DNA of 63,012 bases, counting the filler. It is 15 parts of 15 records of this genome, joined end to end, with 100 filler letters (N's around TTAATTAATTAA, not from the genome) between each part and the next. Parts side by side here need not be neighbours in the genome. Positions count along the whole stretch, not along the records: positions 1 to 7,438 come from SRR11831586_1746; positions 7,539 to 10,837 come from SRR11831586_1750; positions 10,938 to 13,112 come from SRR11831586_1760; 12 more parts are not named here. One strand, written 5' to 3'. The notes beneath the pieces are model-generated. The model searched no databases and was not told where the DNA came from. It saw nothing but the letters and a program-made list of their open reading frames with translations. Positions 1 to 11,924 of the stretch are shown here, one piece after another. Numbering within the stretch: the stretch's first letter is position 1; the number at the start of each line of letters is the position of its first letter. Position numbers and translations under genes: made by a program.

Positions 1-30
1 TCCGAGGTTCGAATCCTCGTACCCCAGCCA
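1..30 (+). tRNA. glnX: 3' end of tRNA-Gln (CUG-type T arm, acceptor stem and CCA), truncated by window start
   Basis: TCCGAGGTTCGAATCCTCGTACCCCAGCCA = T-arm GTTCGAATC + acceptor 3' strand + CCA; followed by a terminator and convergent ubiF as in E. coli. Confidence 0.85.
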
Positions 31-34
31 CATT

Positions 35-61
35 AAAAAAGCTCGCTTCGGCGAGCTTTTT
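35..61 (+). terminator. Rho-independent terminator of the tRNA operon (bidirectional-looking)
   Basis: AAAAAAGCTCGC-TTCG-GCGAGCTTTTT perfect hairpin with A and T tails. Confidence 0.85.
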
Positions 62-116
62 GCTTTTCTGCGTTCATTCAATGTCGAATGCGATGTTGAC
101 ACGTCTTATCCTTCAA

Positions 117-153
117 TGTCGGATGCGACGCTGCCGCGTCTTATCCGACCTAC
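117..153. repeat. REP (PU) element
   Basis: GTCGGATGCGACGC...GCGTCTTATCCGACCTAC matches the E. coli REP consensus; degenerate REP-like pieces flank it. Confidence 0.8.
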
Positions 154-183
154 GGTTGGCACGCATCCGGCAATGTTGTAAGG

Positions 184-1359
184 CTACAACCCTAACGCAT
201 ATTTCAGCGCCTGACGTTTCAACACGCCAGCACGCTCCGCCGCCATTAACCCGAGATTACGCATAAAACGCAGTGGTGGCAGATTATTGCTGAATCCGGC
301 ATAAAACAGATCCATACCGCTTTGCATAATGAAGTTATCCGCCATGCGCCGCATCTGGTAACGCTTGAGGACAGGATAACTGGCCCACGCTTCGCCGTAG
401 CTGCGGGCGTTGACCAGAACATCAATCAGGGCATCGACATCACGATAACCAAGATTCACTCCCTGCCCCGCCAGCGGATGGATGGTATGCGCGGCATCGC
501 CCACCAGCGCAAGCCCTGGCTGCACGTACTGCAACGCATGGCGACGCGTCAGCGGAAACGCACCAGCGGCAAGCGGTGTAACGTAACCCAGACGCGACGG
601 GAAATGCTTCGCGATTTCCGCCTGGAGCTGTGCCATATTCATATTCTGCAACTGGCGAATACGCGCCGGAGAGTCATACCACACCAGCGATGCCCAGTTA
701 TCAAACAACGGCAGAAACGCACGCGGTCCGTCCGGAGTAAATTGCTGCCAGGTGCTGTCGCCGGGATCGTTCTCGCACTGGACGCTAATCAACATGCACG
801 ACTGCGCATACTGCCATGCATGAACGCCAATTCCCGCCATCTGCCGCACCTGCGAATTTGCGCCGTCGGCACCAATCACCAGCTTCGCGCGAATCACTTC
901 ACCGCCTTTCAGCTCCAGCTCCTGAAGATCATCATGGCGATGCAGCGCAATCAGCGAGCCTGGCACACGTAACGTTACTTTCGGATGCGCTTCCAGCGCC
1001 TGCCACAACGCCTGTTGCAGGACAGTGTTTTCCACCATATAGCCAAGCAGCGGTAGCTTAAGTTCAGCGGCGTCAAACACCACATGCGCCGTTTCCCACT
1101 CCCACGTTTCCAGTCTGCGGTAAGGATGGCAACGCATAGCCTGTACTGCATCCCAGACCCCTAACCCTTTAAGCAATGATACCGAAGCCGCGCTGATCGC
1201 CGAGATCCGCACGTCCGGTTGGCTATCAGCGACAAACGGCGCTGGTTCTGCGTGCTCGATCACCGTTACCGCAAATCCGTGCTGTGCCAGCCCCAGCGCC
1301 AGTGCGCCGCCGACCATTCCTCCGCCGACAATGGCAATTTCCGTTGGTTGATTTGTCAT
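184..1359 (-). CDS. ubiF: FAD-dependent ubiquinone biosynthesis hydroxylase UbiF
   Basis: GGGMVG FAD motif, GADG and GDAAH..P..GQG motifs; divergent from miaB; start taken at MTNQPT. Confidence 0.95.
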   Translation of the reverse strand: MTNQPTEIAIVGGGMVGGALALGLAQHGFAVTVIEHAEPAPFVADSQPDVRISAISAASVSLLKGLGVWDAVQAMRCHPYRRLETWEWETAHVVFDAAELKLPLLGYMVENTVLQQALWQALEAHPKVTLRVPGSLIALHRHDDLQELELKGGEVIRAKLVIGADGANSQVRQMAGIGVHAWQYAQSCMLISVQCENDPGDSTWQQFTPDGPRAFLPLFDNWASLVWYDSPARIRQLQNMNMAQLQAEIAKHFPSRLGYVTPLAAGAFPLTRRHALQYVQPGLALVGDAAHTIHPLAGQGVNLGYRDVDALIDVLVNARSYGEAWASYPVLKRYQMRRMADNFIMQSGMDLFYAGFSNNLPPLRFMRNLGLMAAERAGVLKRQALKYALGL

Positions 1360-1504
1360 GGTCAATCATCCTGTTAGCAATATGCTTTAAGTTTACAGGA
1401 TTTTTACCCCTAAGGGCTGATAACGCTCATACTGGTCACAACGGCAGCAAAGCATTACACTATGCGCCCTGCATTCCTGGCTACTATTTCGCAAGAGCAA
1501 GTCG

Positions 1505-2929
1505 ATGACCAAAAAACTCCATATTAAAACCTGGGGCTGTCAGATGAACGAGTACGATTCATCGAAGATGGCCGATCTGCTGGATGCCACCCACGGCTAT
1601 CAACTGACCGACGTGGCGGAAGAAGCGGATGTGCTGCTGCTGAACACCTGCTCAATCCGCGAGAAGGCTCAGGAAAAAGTCTTCCATCAGTTGGGTCGCT
1701 GGAAACTGTTAAAAGAGAAGAATCCAGACCTGATTATCGGCGTCGGTGGCTGCGTGGCATCGCAAGAAGGCGAGCACATTCGCCAGCGCGCCCACTATGT
1801 CGATATTATTTTTGGGCCGCAAACGCTGCACCGTCTGCCGGAGATGATCAACTCCGTGCGTGGCGACCGCAGCCCGGTTGTAGATATCAGCTTCCCGGAA
1901 ATCGAGAAGTTTGACCGTCTACCGGAACCGCGCGCCGAAGGGCCGACCGCGTTTGTCTCCATCATGGAAGGCTGCAATAAATATTGCACCTACTGCGTGG
2001 TGCCTTACACCCGTGGTGAAGAGGTAAGCCGTCCGTCCGACGATATTCTGTTTGAGATTGCCCAGCTTGCGGCTCAGGGCGTGCGTGAAGTCAACCTGCT
2101 CGGTCAGAACGTGAACGCCTGGCGTGGTGAAAACTACGACGGCACCACCGGATCGTTTGCCGATCTGCTGCGTCTGGTTGCTGCGATCGACGGGATCGAT
2201 CGTATTCGCTTTACCACCAGCCATCCGATCGAATTCACCGACGATATCATCGAAGTGTATCGCGACACGCCGGAGCTGGTGAGCTTCCTGCATCTGCCGG
2301 TACAGAGCGGTTCCGATCGCATTCTGAACCTGATGGGCCGTACCCATACGGCGCTGGAGTACAAAGCGATCATCCGTAAACTGCGTGCGGCGCGTCCAGA
2401 TATTCAGATCAGTTCTGATTTCATCGTTGGCTTCCCTGGCGAAACCACCGAAGACTTCGAGAAAACGATGAAGCTGATTGCCGACGTCAATTTCGACATG
2501 AGCTACAGCTTTATCTTCTCTGCACGTCCGGGTACACCAGCCGCCGATATGGTTGATGATGTTCCGGAAGAAGAGAAGAAGCAGCGTCTGTATATTCTGC
2601 AAGAGCGCATTAATCAGCAAGCGATGGCGTGGAGCCGCCGGATGCTCGGCACCACCCAGCGTATTCTGGTAGAAGGTACATCGCGTAAGAGCATCATGGA
2701 GCTTTCCGGGCGTACGGAAAATAACCGCGTGGTCAACTTCGAAGGCACGCCGGATATGATCGGTAAATTCGTCGATGTAGAAATTACCGACGTCTACCCG
2801 AACTCTCTGCGCGGTAAAGTGGTGCGTACTGAAGATGAAATGGGTCTGCGCGTGGCAGAAACACCGGAATCAGTGATTGCCCGTACCCGCAAAGAAAACG
2901 ACCTTGGCGTGGGTTATTATCAGCCGTAA
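1505..2929 (+). CDS. miaB: tRNA-i6A37 methylthiotransferase MiaB (radical SAM)
   Basis: TWGCQMN N-terminal domain, CNKYCTYC radical-SAM motif, TRAM domain; 474 aa. Confidence 0.97.
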
Positions 2930-3081
2930 TTCTCAGGCCTGCCGTTCCGGTGGGCCTTGTTTTTTCTCTCTTTATCCCCATCTTTATTGCAATGCTTGCG
3001 CCTTTTTCCTGTGGCGTGAATAATTTCCTTATAGGCCGGTGAATGTTCAGCTTCCGGCGGCATACAGATAAGAGGAACGGT

Positions 3082-4122
3082 TTGAACATAGACACTCGCG
3101 AAATCACCCTGGAGCCAGCAGACAATGCGCGTCTGTTGAGCCTGTGCGGCCCGTTTGATGACAACATCAAGCAGCTCGAACGCCGTCTCGGCATCGAGAT
3201 CAATCGCCGCGATAACCACTTTAAACTGACCGGCCGTCCGATTTGCGTCACCGCTGCGGCAGACATTCTGCGTAGCCTGTATGTCGATACTGCCCCGATG
3301 CGCGGTCAGATTCAGGATATCGAACCGGAACAGATCCACCTTGCGATTAAAGAAGCGCGGGTACTGGAGCAAAGCGCGGAGAGCGTGCCGGAGTACGGCA
3401 AAGCGGTCAATATCAAAACCAAACGCGGCGTAATTAAGCCGCGCACGCCAAACCAGGCGCAGTACATCGCCAATATTCTCGACCATGACATTACCTTCGG
3501 CGTTGGCCCGGCGGGTACGGGTAAAACCTACCTGGCAGTGGCTGCGGCAGTTGATGCCCTGGAGCGTCAGGAAATTCGCCGTATTCTGCTGACTCGTCCG
3601 GCAGTAGAAGCCGGTGAGAAACTGGGCTTCCTGCCTGGCGATTTAAGCCAGAAAGTAGACCCGTATCTGCGCCCGCTGTACGACGCGCTGTTTGAAATGC
3701 TGGGCTTTGAGAAAGTCGAGAAACTGATTGAGCGCAACGTTATTGAAGTCGCACCGCTGGCCTATATGCGTGGTCGTACGCTGAACGACGCGTTTATCAT
3801 TCTCGATGAGAGCCAGAACACCACCATCGAACAGATGAAGATGTTCCTGACCCGTATCGGTTTTAACTCAAAAGCGGTTATCACCGGCGACGTCACACAG
3901 ATCGACCTGCCGCGTAATACTAAATCAGGCTTACGTCACGCCATCGAAGTGCTGGCCGATGTCGAAGAGATCAGCTTTAACTTCTTCCACAGCGAAGACG
4001 TGGTTCGTCACCCTGTGGTGGCGCGTATCGTTAACGCCTATGAAGCCTGGGAAGAAGCCGAACAAAAACGAAAAGCGGCGCTGGCAGCAGAACGCAAGCG
4101 CGAAGAACAGGAACAAAAATGA
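3082..4122 (+). CDS. ybeZ: PhoH-family ATPase YbeZ
   Basis: GPAGTGKT Walker [16 protein letters not shown] and MRGRT motifs; TTG start after GAGGAA. Confidence 0.93.
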
Positions 4123-4586
4123 GTCAGGTGATCCTCGATTTACAACTGGCATGTGAAGATAATTCCGGGTTACCGGAAGAGAGCCAGTTTCAGACATGGC
4201 TGAATGCGGTGATCCCGCAGTTTCAGGAAGAATCGGAAGTGACGATTCGCGTGGTCGATACCGCCGAAAGCCACAGTCTGAATCTGACCTATCGCGGTAA
4301 GGATAAGCCGACCAACGTGCTCTCCTTCCCGTTTGAAGTGCCGCCTGGCATGGAAATGTCGCTACTGGGCGATCTGGTTATCTGCCGTCAGGTGGTTGAG
4401 AAGGAAGCTCAGGAGCAAGGCAAACCACTGGAGGCGCACTGGGCGCATATGGTGGTGCACGGCAGTCTGCATTTGTTAGGTTACGATCACATCGAAGATG
4501 ACGAAGCAGAAGAAATGGAAGCCCTCGAAACAGAGATTATGCTTGCTCTGGGCTATGAGGATCCGTACATTGCCGAGAAAGAATAA
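4119..4586 (+). CDS. ybeY: rRNA maturation endoribonuclease YbeY
   Basis: [11 protein letters not shown] (H3xH5xH) motif, [13 protein letters not shown]. Confidence 0.97.
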
Positions 4587-4675
4587 TTTGCCAGGCATTT
4601 GACTGGCAGACGTCCCCGCCGTTGGTGATTAACGACGGCGTTTTGATTAACTAACATGAGAACCCATACGACGCC

Positions 4676-5554
4676 ATGAGCGACGACAATTCACACAGTA
4701 GTGACACGATAAGCAACAAGAAGGGATTTTTCTCCCTGTTACTCAGCCAACTTTTCCACGGTGAACCGAAAAACCGTGACGAACTGCTGGCGCTGATCCG
4801 TGATTCCGGGCAGAACGACCTTATCGACGAAGATACGCGCGATATGCTCGAAGGGGTGATGGACATCGCAGACCAACGCGTTCGCGACATCATGATCCCC
4901 CGCTCCCAGATGATTACCCTGAAACGCAACCAGACGCTGGACGAATGTCTTGATGTCATCATCGAGTCCGCCCACTCACGTTTCCCGGTGATTAGCGAAG
5001 ACAAAGATCACATTGAAGGGATTCTGATGGCGAAAGACTTGCTGCCGTTTATGCGCAGCGATGCTGAAGCCTTCAGCATGGACAAAGTGTTACGTCAGGC
5101 GGTTGTCGTTCCTGAAAGTAAGCGCGTAGACCGGATGCTGAAAGAGTTTCGCTCTCAGCGTTACCACATGGCGATCGTTATTGACGAATTCGGTGGGGTT
5201 TCCGGTCTGGTGACCATTGAAGACATCCTGGAACTGATTGTTGGTGAGATTGAAGACGAGTATGACGAAGAAGATGATATCGACTTCCGTCAGCTGAGTC
5301 GTCATACCTGGACCGTACGCGCACTGGCTTCCATTGAAGACTTCAACGAAGCGTTCGGCACCCACTTTAGCGATGAAGAAGTCGACACTATCGGTGGTCT
5401 GGTGATGCAGGCATTTGGGCATCTTCCGGCGCGTGGCGAAACTATCGACATCGACGGTTACCAGTTCAAAGTGGCGATGGCCGACAGTCGGCGTATTATT
5501 CAGGTTCATGTCAAAATCCCGGATGACTCACCCCAGCCGAAGCTGGATGAATAA
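4676..5554 (+). CDS. ybeX: CorC/YbeX CBS-domain Mg/Co homeostasis protein
   Basis: HSRFPV and [20 protein letters not shown] motifs plus CorC domain; operon order. Confidence 0.95.
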   Translation: MSDDNSHSSDTISNKKGFFSLLLSQLFHGEPKNRDELLALIRDSGQNDLIDEDTRDMLEGVMDIADQRVRDIMIPRSQMITLKRNQTLDECLDVIIESAHSRFPVISEDKDHIEGILMAKDLLPFMRSDAEAFSMDKVLRQAVVVPESKRVDRMLKEFRSQRYHMAIVIDEFGGVSGLVTIEDILELIVGEIEDEYDEEDDIDFRQLSRHTWTVRALASIEDFNEAFGTHFSDEEVDTIGGLVMQAFGHLPARGETIDIDGYQFKVAMADSRRIIQVHVKIPDDSPQPKLDE

Positions 5555-5578
5555 AACCGAAACTGGATAGATAACTAC

Positions 5579-7117
5579 ATGGCTTTTGCCTCATTAATTG
5601 AACGCCAGCGCATTCGCCTGCTGCTGGCGTTATTATTCGGTGCCTGCGGAACGCTGGCCTTCTCTCCTTACGACGTCTGGCCTGCGGCGATTATTTCGCT
5701 GATGGGGCTTCAGGCGTTGACCTTTAACCGCCGTCCACTCCAGTCTGCCGCTATTGGCTTTTGCTGGGGATTTGGCCTCTTTGGCAGCGGTATTAACTGG
5801 GTCTATGTCAGCATCGCGACCTTTGGCGGAATGCCTGGCCCGGTTAACATCTTCCTGGTGGTGCTGCTGGCGGCGTATTTGTCGCTGTATACCGGACTGT
5901 TTGCTGGCGTGCTGTCGCGTCTGTGGCCGAAAACCACCTGGCTGCGCGTAGCGATTGCCGCCCCTGCCCTCTGGCAAGTGACCGAGTTTCTGCGCGGTTG
6001 GGTACTGACCGGCTTCCCGTGGTTACAGTTCGGCTATAGCCAGATTGATGGCCCGTTAAAAGGGCTGGCACCGATAATGGGCGTGGAAGCCATTAACTTC
6101 CTGCTGATGATGGTTAGTGGCCTGCTGGCACTGGCGTTGGTCAAACGCAACTGGCGTCCGCTGGTGGTGGCCGTCGTGCTGTTTGCCCTTCCCTTCCCGC
6201 TGCGTTACATCCAGTGGTTTACCCCACAACCGGAGAAAACCATTCAGGTTTCGATGGTTCAGGGCGATATTCCGCAATCGCTGAAATGGGACGAAGGCCA
6301 GCTTCTTAATACGCTGAAGATTTACTACAACGCAACGGCACCGCTGATGGGCAAATCATCGTTGATTATCTGGCCGGAGTCGGCGATAACCGATCTGGAA
6401 ATTAATCAGCAACCGTTCCTCAAAGCACTGGACGGTGAGTTGCGTGATAAAGGTAGCTCGCTGGTAACCGGGATTGTCGACGCGCGTCTCAATAAGCAGA
6501 ACCGCTACGATACCTACAACACCATCATCACGCTGGGTAAAGGTGCGCCGTACAGCTACGAATCAGCCGATCGCTATAACAAAAACCATCTGGTGCCGTT
6601 TGGCGAGTTTGTCCCGCTGGAGTCGATTCTGCGTCCGTTAGCACCGTTCTTTGATCTGCCGATGTCGTCGTTCAGCCGTGGGCCATATATCCAGCCGCCG
6701 CTGTCGGCAAATGGTATTGAGCTTACTGCGGCTATTTGCTACGAGATCATTCTCGGCGAGCAAGTGCGCGATAACTTCCGCCCGGATACCGACTATCTGC
6801 TGACTATCTCCAACGATGCGTGGTTTGGTAAATCTATTGGTCCATGGCAACACTTCCAGATGGCGCGAATGCGTGCGCTGGAGCTGGCGCGCCCACTGTT
6901 GCGCAGCACCAACAACGGCATTACGGCGGTGATTGGCCCGCAGGGTGAGATTCAGGCGATGATCCCGCAGTTCACCCGCGAGGTGTTAACCACTAACGTG
7001 ACGCCGACCACCGGACTCACACCATACGCACGTACCGGCAACTGGCCGCTGTGGGTGCTGACGGCATTGTTTGGTTTTGCTGCTGTGTTGATGAGTCTGC
7101 GTCAGCGACGTAAATAA
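5579..7117 (+). CDS. lnt: apolipoprotein N-acyltransferase
   Basis: WPES, K..LVPFGE and ICYE nitrilase-fold catalytic motifs; multiple TM segments. Confidence 0.97.
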   Translation: MAFASLIERQRIRLLLALLFGACGTLAFSPYDVWPAAIISLMGLQALTFNRRPLQSAAIGFCWGFGLFGSGINWVYVSIATFGGMPGPVNIFLVVLLAAYLSLYTGLFAGVLSRLWPKTTWLRVAIAAPALWQVTEFLRGWVLTGFPWLQFGYSQIDGPLKGLAPIMGVEAINFLLMMVSGLLALALVKRNWRPLVVAVVLFALPFPLRYIQWFTPQPEKTIQVSMVQGDIPQSLKWDEGQLLNTLKIYYNATAPLMGKSSLIIWPESAITDLEINQQPFLKALDGELRDKGSSLVTGIVDARLNKQNRYDTYNTIITLGKGAPYSYESADRYNKNHLVPFGEFVPLESILRPLAPFFDLPMSSFSRGPYIQPPLSANGIELTAAICYEIILGEQVRDNFRPDTDYLLTISNDAWFGKSIGPWQHFQMARMRALELARPLLRSTNNGITAVIGPQGEIQAMIPQFTREVLTTNVTPTTGLTPYARTGNWPLWVLTALFGFAAVLMSLRQRRK

Positions 7118-7414
7118 TCCCTTCTTATCGTGCCGGAATACATCCCATATTTCGGCACGCTCACCGGATGCGGCATCAGTGCATTATCCGGATAACAATA
7201 TTCTCCTATCCAACTTTGGCACATCTATTGCTTTGTTATACAAGGCAAACCCTGAAACAGCATCAGTACAACCTAGTTGCACCACAGTAATCCAGCGGTA
7301 GCACTAAAAGAGTGCATTTTAAGAATTTTGCTTCGGAATGGTGCGGCGCATCTCGCAAAAACAAACAATAAAACAGCAATATCTTTACATTTAGCCAAAC
7401 TAAATGTTACCTAA

Positions 7415-7438
7415 GGAAGGTGCGAACAAGTCCCTGAT
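7415..7438 (+). mobile_element. terminal 24 nt of IS5 (inverted repeat), preceded by target CTAA at 7411-7414
   Basis: GGAAGGTGCGAACAAGTCCCTGAT matches the IS5 end as I recall it; CTAA fits the YTAR target; contig stops here. Confidence 0.85.
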
Positions 7439-7538
7439 NNNNNNNNNNNNNNNNNNNNNNNNNNNNNNNNNNNNNNNNNNNNTTAATTAATTAANNNNNN
7501 NNNNNNNNNNNNNNNNNNNNNNNNNNNNNNNNNNNNNN
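7439..7538. other. artificial contig linker
   Basis: 44 N + TTAATTAATTAA + 44 N. Confidence 0.99.
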
Positions 7539-7582
7539 AACAGCCTGGCTATTCAGAGTATGATAAAAACAGGGGGCAAGGG

Positions 7583-9430
7583 ATGTTGCTTAATATGATG
7601 TGTGGTCGTCAGCTGTCGGCAATCAGTTTGTGCCTGGCCGTAACATTCGCTCCACTGTTCAATGCGCAGGCCGATGAGCCTGAAGTAATCCCTGGCGACA
7701 GCCCGGTGGCTGTCAGTGAACAGGGCGAGGCACTGCCGCAGGCGCAAGCCACGGCAATAATGGCGGGGATCCAGCCATTGCCTGAAGGTGCGGCAGAAAA
7801 AGCCCGCACGCAAATCGAATCTCAATTACCCGCAGGTTACAAGCCGGTTTATCTTAACCAGCTTCAACTGTTGTATGCCGCACGCGATATGCAACCCATG
7901 TGGGAAAACCGTGATGCTGTTAAAGCCTTCCAGCAACAGCTGGCAGAGGTGGCGATTGCCGGTTTCCAGCCGCAGTTTAATAAATGGGTAGAGTTACTGA
8001 CCGATCCTGGTGTTAACGGGATGGCACGCGACGTGGTGCTCTCTGATGCGATGATGGGCTATCTCCATTTCATTGCAAATATTCCGGTCAAAGGCACTCG
8101 CTGGCTATATAGCAGTAAACCTTATGCACTTGCAACGCCGCCGCTCTCGGTGATTAACCAATGGCAGCTGGCGCTGGATAAAGGTCAATTGCCTACGTTT
8201 GTTGCAGGACTGGCACCGCAGCATCCGCAATATGCGGCGATGCATGAATCGTTACTGGCCTTACTCTGTGACACCAAACCGTGGCCCCAACTGACCGGCA
8301 AAGCAACGTTGCGCCCAGGGCAGTGGAGTAACGACGTACCGGCGTTGCGCGAAATATTGCAACGCACAGGCATGTTGGACGGGGGGCCGAAAATTACTCT
8401 ACCTGGCGATGACACGCCAACTGACGCGGTAGTCAGCCCATCCGCTGTTACTGTTGAAACAGCAGAAACTAAGCCGATGGATAAGCAAACGACGTCTCGT
8501 AGTAAACCTGCGCCTGCCGTTCGCGCCGCCTACGATAATGAACTGGTGGAAGCCGTTAAACGTTTTCAGGCATGGCAAGGATTGGGGGCAGATGGTGCTA
8601 TTGGCCCGGCAACACGTGACTGGTTAAACGTAACGCCCGCCCAGCGTGCTGGTGTGTTGGCTCTCAACATCCAGCGATTGCGCTTGCTGCCAACAGAGCT
8701 TTCTACCGGGATCATGGTTAACATTCCGGCCTATTCGCTGGTCTACTATCAGAACGGCAATCAGGTGCTGGATTCGCGAGTCATTGTCGGTCGCCCCGAT
8801 CGCAAAACGCCGATGATGAGCAGTGCCCTTAACAACGTAGTGGTAAACCCGCCGTGGAACGTACCTCCAACTCTGGCACGCAAAGATATTCTGCCAAAAG
8901 TGCGCAACGATCCGGGATATCTCGAAAGCCATGGCTATACGGTGATGCGCGGCTGGAACAGCAGAGAAGCGATTGACCCATGGCAGGTTGACTGGTCTAC
9001 AATCACGGCCTCGAATTTACCGTTCCGCTTCCAGCAGGCTCCAGGCCCACGGAACTCGCTGGGGCGCTATAAATTCAATATGCCGAGTTCAGAGGCCATT
9101 TATTTGCATGACACGCCGAACCACAATCTGTTCAAGCGTGATACACGCGCATTGAGCTCAGGCTGTGTACGAGTGAATAAAGCTTCCGATCTGGCGAATA
9201 TGCTGTTGCAGGATGCAGGCTGGAATGACAAACGTATTTCTGATGCGCTGAAGCAGGGTGATACACGTTACGTCAATATTCGGCAGTCGATTCCGGTGAA
9301 TCTCTACTACCTGACGGCCTTTGTTGGTGCAGATGGTCGTACCCAGTATCGTACAGATATTTACAATTATGATCTGCCTGCGCGATCCAGCTCGCAAATC
9401 GTATCGAAAGCGGAACAATTAATCAGGTAA
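7583..9430 (+). CDS. ldtD: L,D-transpeptidase LdtD (YcbB)
   Basis: signal peptide, peptidoglycan-binding domain, IYLHDTP...SSGCVR YkuD motif; 615 aa. Confidence 0.95.
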
Positions 9431-9610
9431 ATGAAGTAGTTCGGGGAAATCAGTTGTCGTAATAATTAGCATGATTGGGGGCGATTCTCTGCAGCCCCCG
9501 TCACTGCTGGGGTTGAGTCATCTTGACGTCTGCTTTACGGGCGGTTAAGGTGCCTCTTGTGCGCCAGAAGTGCATATAAACGATAACATTGACCTGTAGA
9601 CTTGATTATC

Positions 9611-10159
9611 ATGGACAAATTCGACGCTAATCGCCGCAAATTGCTGGCGCTTGGTGGCGTTGCACTCGGTGCCGCCATCCTGCCGACCCCTGCGTTTGCA
9701 ACACTCTCTACCCCACGCCCGCGCATTTTGACACTCAATAATCTTCATACCGGAGAGTCAATCAAAGCGGAGTTTTTCGATGGCAGAGGCTATATTCAGG
9801 AAGAATTGGCAAAACTTAACCATTTTTTCCGCGATTACCGCGCGAACAAAATAAAGTCCATCGACCCAGGATTATTCGACCAGTTGTATCGCCTGCAAGG
9901 GTTGTTAGGCACGCGCAAACCGGTGCAACTCATTTCCGGTTATCGTTCTATTGATACCAACAATGAACTACGCGCCCGCAGCCGTGGAGTAGCGAAGAAA
10001 AGCTATCACACTAAAGGCCAGGCGATGGATTTCCATATTGAAGGTATCGCGTTAAGCAATATTCGCAAAGCCGCGTTATCTATGCGCGCAGGTGGTGTAG
10101 GATATTATCCACGTAGTAACTTTGTGCATATTGATACCGGGCCAGCACGGCACTGGTAG
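9611..10159 (+). CDS. mepK: Tat-exported 3-3 crosslink endopeptidase MepK (YcbK)
   Basis: NRRKLL Tat motif, SGYRS, H..G.A.D, VHID peptidase M15 motifs. Confidence 0.92.
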   Translation: MDKFDANRRKLLALGGVALGAAILPTPAFATLSTPRPRILTLNNLHTGESIKAEFFDGRGYIQEELAKLNHFFRDYRANKIKSIDPGLFDQLYRLQGLLGTRKPVQLISGYRSIDTNNELRARSRGVAKKSYHTKGQAMDFHIEGIALSNIRKAALSMRAGGVGYYPRSNFVHIDTGPARHW

Positions 10160-10185
10160 TAATTGCTTAACGAAACAGGGGCAGT

Positions 10186-10833
10186 ATGAACTATCGTATT
10201 ATTCCGGTCACCGCATTCTCCCAGAACTGTTCATTAATCTGGTGTGAACAAACCCGTCTGGCCGCACTGGTCGATCCTGGCGGCGATGCGGAAAAAATCA
10301 AACAGGAAGTTGATGACAGCGGCCTGACACTGATGCAGATCCTGCTGACGCATGGTCATCTGGACCACGTTGGCGCAGCGGCGGAACTGGCGCAACATTA
10401 CGGCGTGCCGGTTTTCGGCCCGGAAAAAGAAGATGAGTTCTGGCTGCAAGGCTTGCCTGCGCAAAGTCGTATGTTTGGTCTGGAAGAGTGCCAGCCGCTG
10501 ACGCCAGATCGTTGGCTGAACGAAGGCGATACCATCAGCATAGGGAATGTGACTTTACAGGTGTTACATTGCCCTGGGCATACGCCGGGTCATGTCGTGT
10601 TTTTTGATGATCGGGCAAAGCTGCTGATTTCTGGCGATGTTATTTTCAAAGGCGGAGTAGGGCGCAGTGACTTCCCGCGTGGCGATCATAATCAACTGAT
10701 TTCTTCAATCAAAGATAAATTGCTGCCACTGGGGGATGACGTGATATTTATTCCGGGTCACGGACCATTATCCACACTTGGTTATGAACGCCTGCATAAT
10801 CCCTTCCTGCAAGACGAAATGCCCGTCTGGTAA
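10186..10833 (+). CDS. gloC: glyoxalase II GloC (YcbL), metallo-beta-lactamase fold
   Basis: THGHLDH, PGHTPGH and PGHG motifs. Confidence 0.93.
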
Positions 10834-10837
10834 GGCA

Positions 10838-10937
10838 NNNNNNNNNNNNNNNNNNNNNNNNNNNNNNNNNNNNNNNNNNNNTTAATTAATTAANNNNNNN
10901 NNNNNNNNNNNNNNNNNNNNNNNNNNNNNNNNNNNNN
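10838..10937. other. artificial contig linker
   Basis: 44 N + TTAATTAATTAA + 44 N. Confidence 0.99.
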
Positions 10938-11336
10938 TTTTGTACGGCTTATGTGGCGGTCGTTATTTCTTCAAGATTGCGGGAACTGGATCGCTCGATA
11001 GAAGAAGCAGCGATGGATCTCGGTGCGACGCCGCTGAAAGTGTTTTTCGTCATTACGCTACCGATGATCATGCCCGCGATCATTTCTGGCTGGTTACTGG
11101 CTTTTACTTTGTCGCTTGATGATCTGGTGATCGCCAGCTTTGTTTCCGGGCCGGGAGCCACCACGTTACCGATGCTGGTCTTTTCCAGCGTGCGGATGGG
11201 GGTGAATCCGGAAATCAACGCCCTGGCAACATTGATCCTCGGCGCGGTCGGAATTGTCGGATTTATCGCCTGGTATCTGATGGCTCGCGCAGAAAAACAG
11301 CGGATACGCGACATCCAGCGTGCAAGACGTGGCTGA
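10938..11336 (+). CDS. potI: putrescine ABC transporter permease PotI, 3' part only
   Basis: EEAAMDLGA EAA loop, FTLSLDD; upstream of ybjO. Confidence 0.9.
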   Translation, partial: FCTAYVAVVISSRLRELDRSIEEAAMDLGATPLKVFFVITLPMIMPAIISGWLLAFTLSLDDLVIASFVSGPGATTLPMLVFSSVRMGVNPEINALATLILGAVGIVGFIAWYLMARAEKQRIRDIQRARRG

Positions 11337-11395
11337 AGACACTAAAATTTGCCAACCTGGCTACATAATGCCGCGCATGTCGCGGCATTGTTTTC

Positions 11396-11884
11396 ATGGA
11401 AGACGAAACGTTGGGATTTTTTAAGAAAACATCTTCATCTCATGCTCGCCTGAATGTGCCTGCGCTGGTGCAGGTGGCGGCGCTCGCCATTATTATGATC
11501 CGTGGCCTCGACGTGCTGATGATTTTCAATACGCTGGGCGTGCGCGGTATTGGCGAGTTCATTCATCGCAGCGTACAAACCTGGAGTTTAACGCTGGTCT
11601 TTTTAAGCAGTCTGGTGCTGGTTTTCATTGAGATCTGGTGTGCGTTTTCACTGGTGAAAGGGCGTCGCTGGGCGCGCTGGCTATATCTGCTGACACAAAT
11701 CACCGCCGCAAGTTACTTGTGGGCGGCTTCGCTGGGGTACGGTTATCCGGAGCTGTTCAGCATTCCCGGTGAATCAAAACGTGAAATCTTCCATAGCCTG
11801 ATGCTGCAGAAGCTGCCGGATATGCTCATCCTGATGCTGCTGTTCGTTCCCTCGACCAGTCGGCGGTTCTTCCAGTTGCAATAA
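11396..11884 (+). CDS. ybjO: inner membrane protein YbjO
   Basis: four hydrophobic segments; position between potI and rlmC. Confidence 0.85.
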   Translation: MEDETLGFFKKTSSSHARLNVPALVQVAALAIIMIRGLDVLMIFNTLGVRGIGEFIHRSVQTWSLTLVFLSSLVLVFIEIWCAFSLVKGRRWARWLYLLTQITAASYLWAASLGYGYPELFSIPGESKREIFHSLMLQKLPDMLILMLLFVPSTSRRFFQLQ

Positions 11885-11924
11885 TGTGTATAATCGTCGC
11901 CCCTGATGATGTGAAGGTCAATGT

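Noticed and set aside
478-483. Possible amino-acid difference in UbiF (TIHP where I recall TINP)
   Set aside because: Rests on memory of the reference and the data are error-prone; cannot be supported without an alignment.
7483-7494. TTAATTAATTAA recurring 14 times as a biological repeat or CRISPR-like unit
   Set aside because: Always centred in exactly 44+44 N; it is a six-frame stop linker added during assembly handling.
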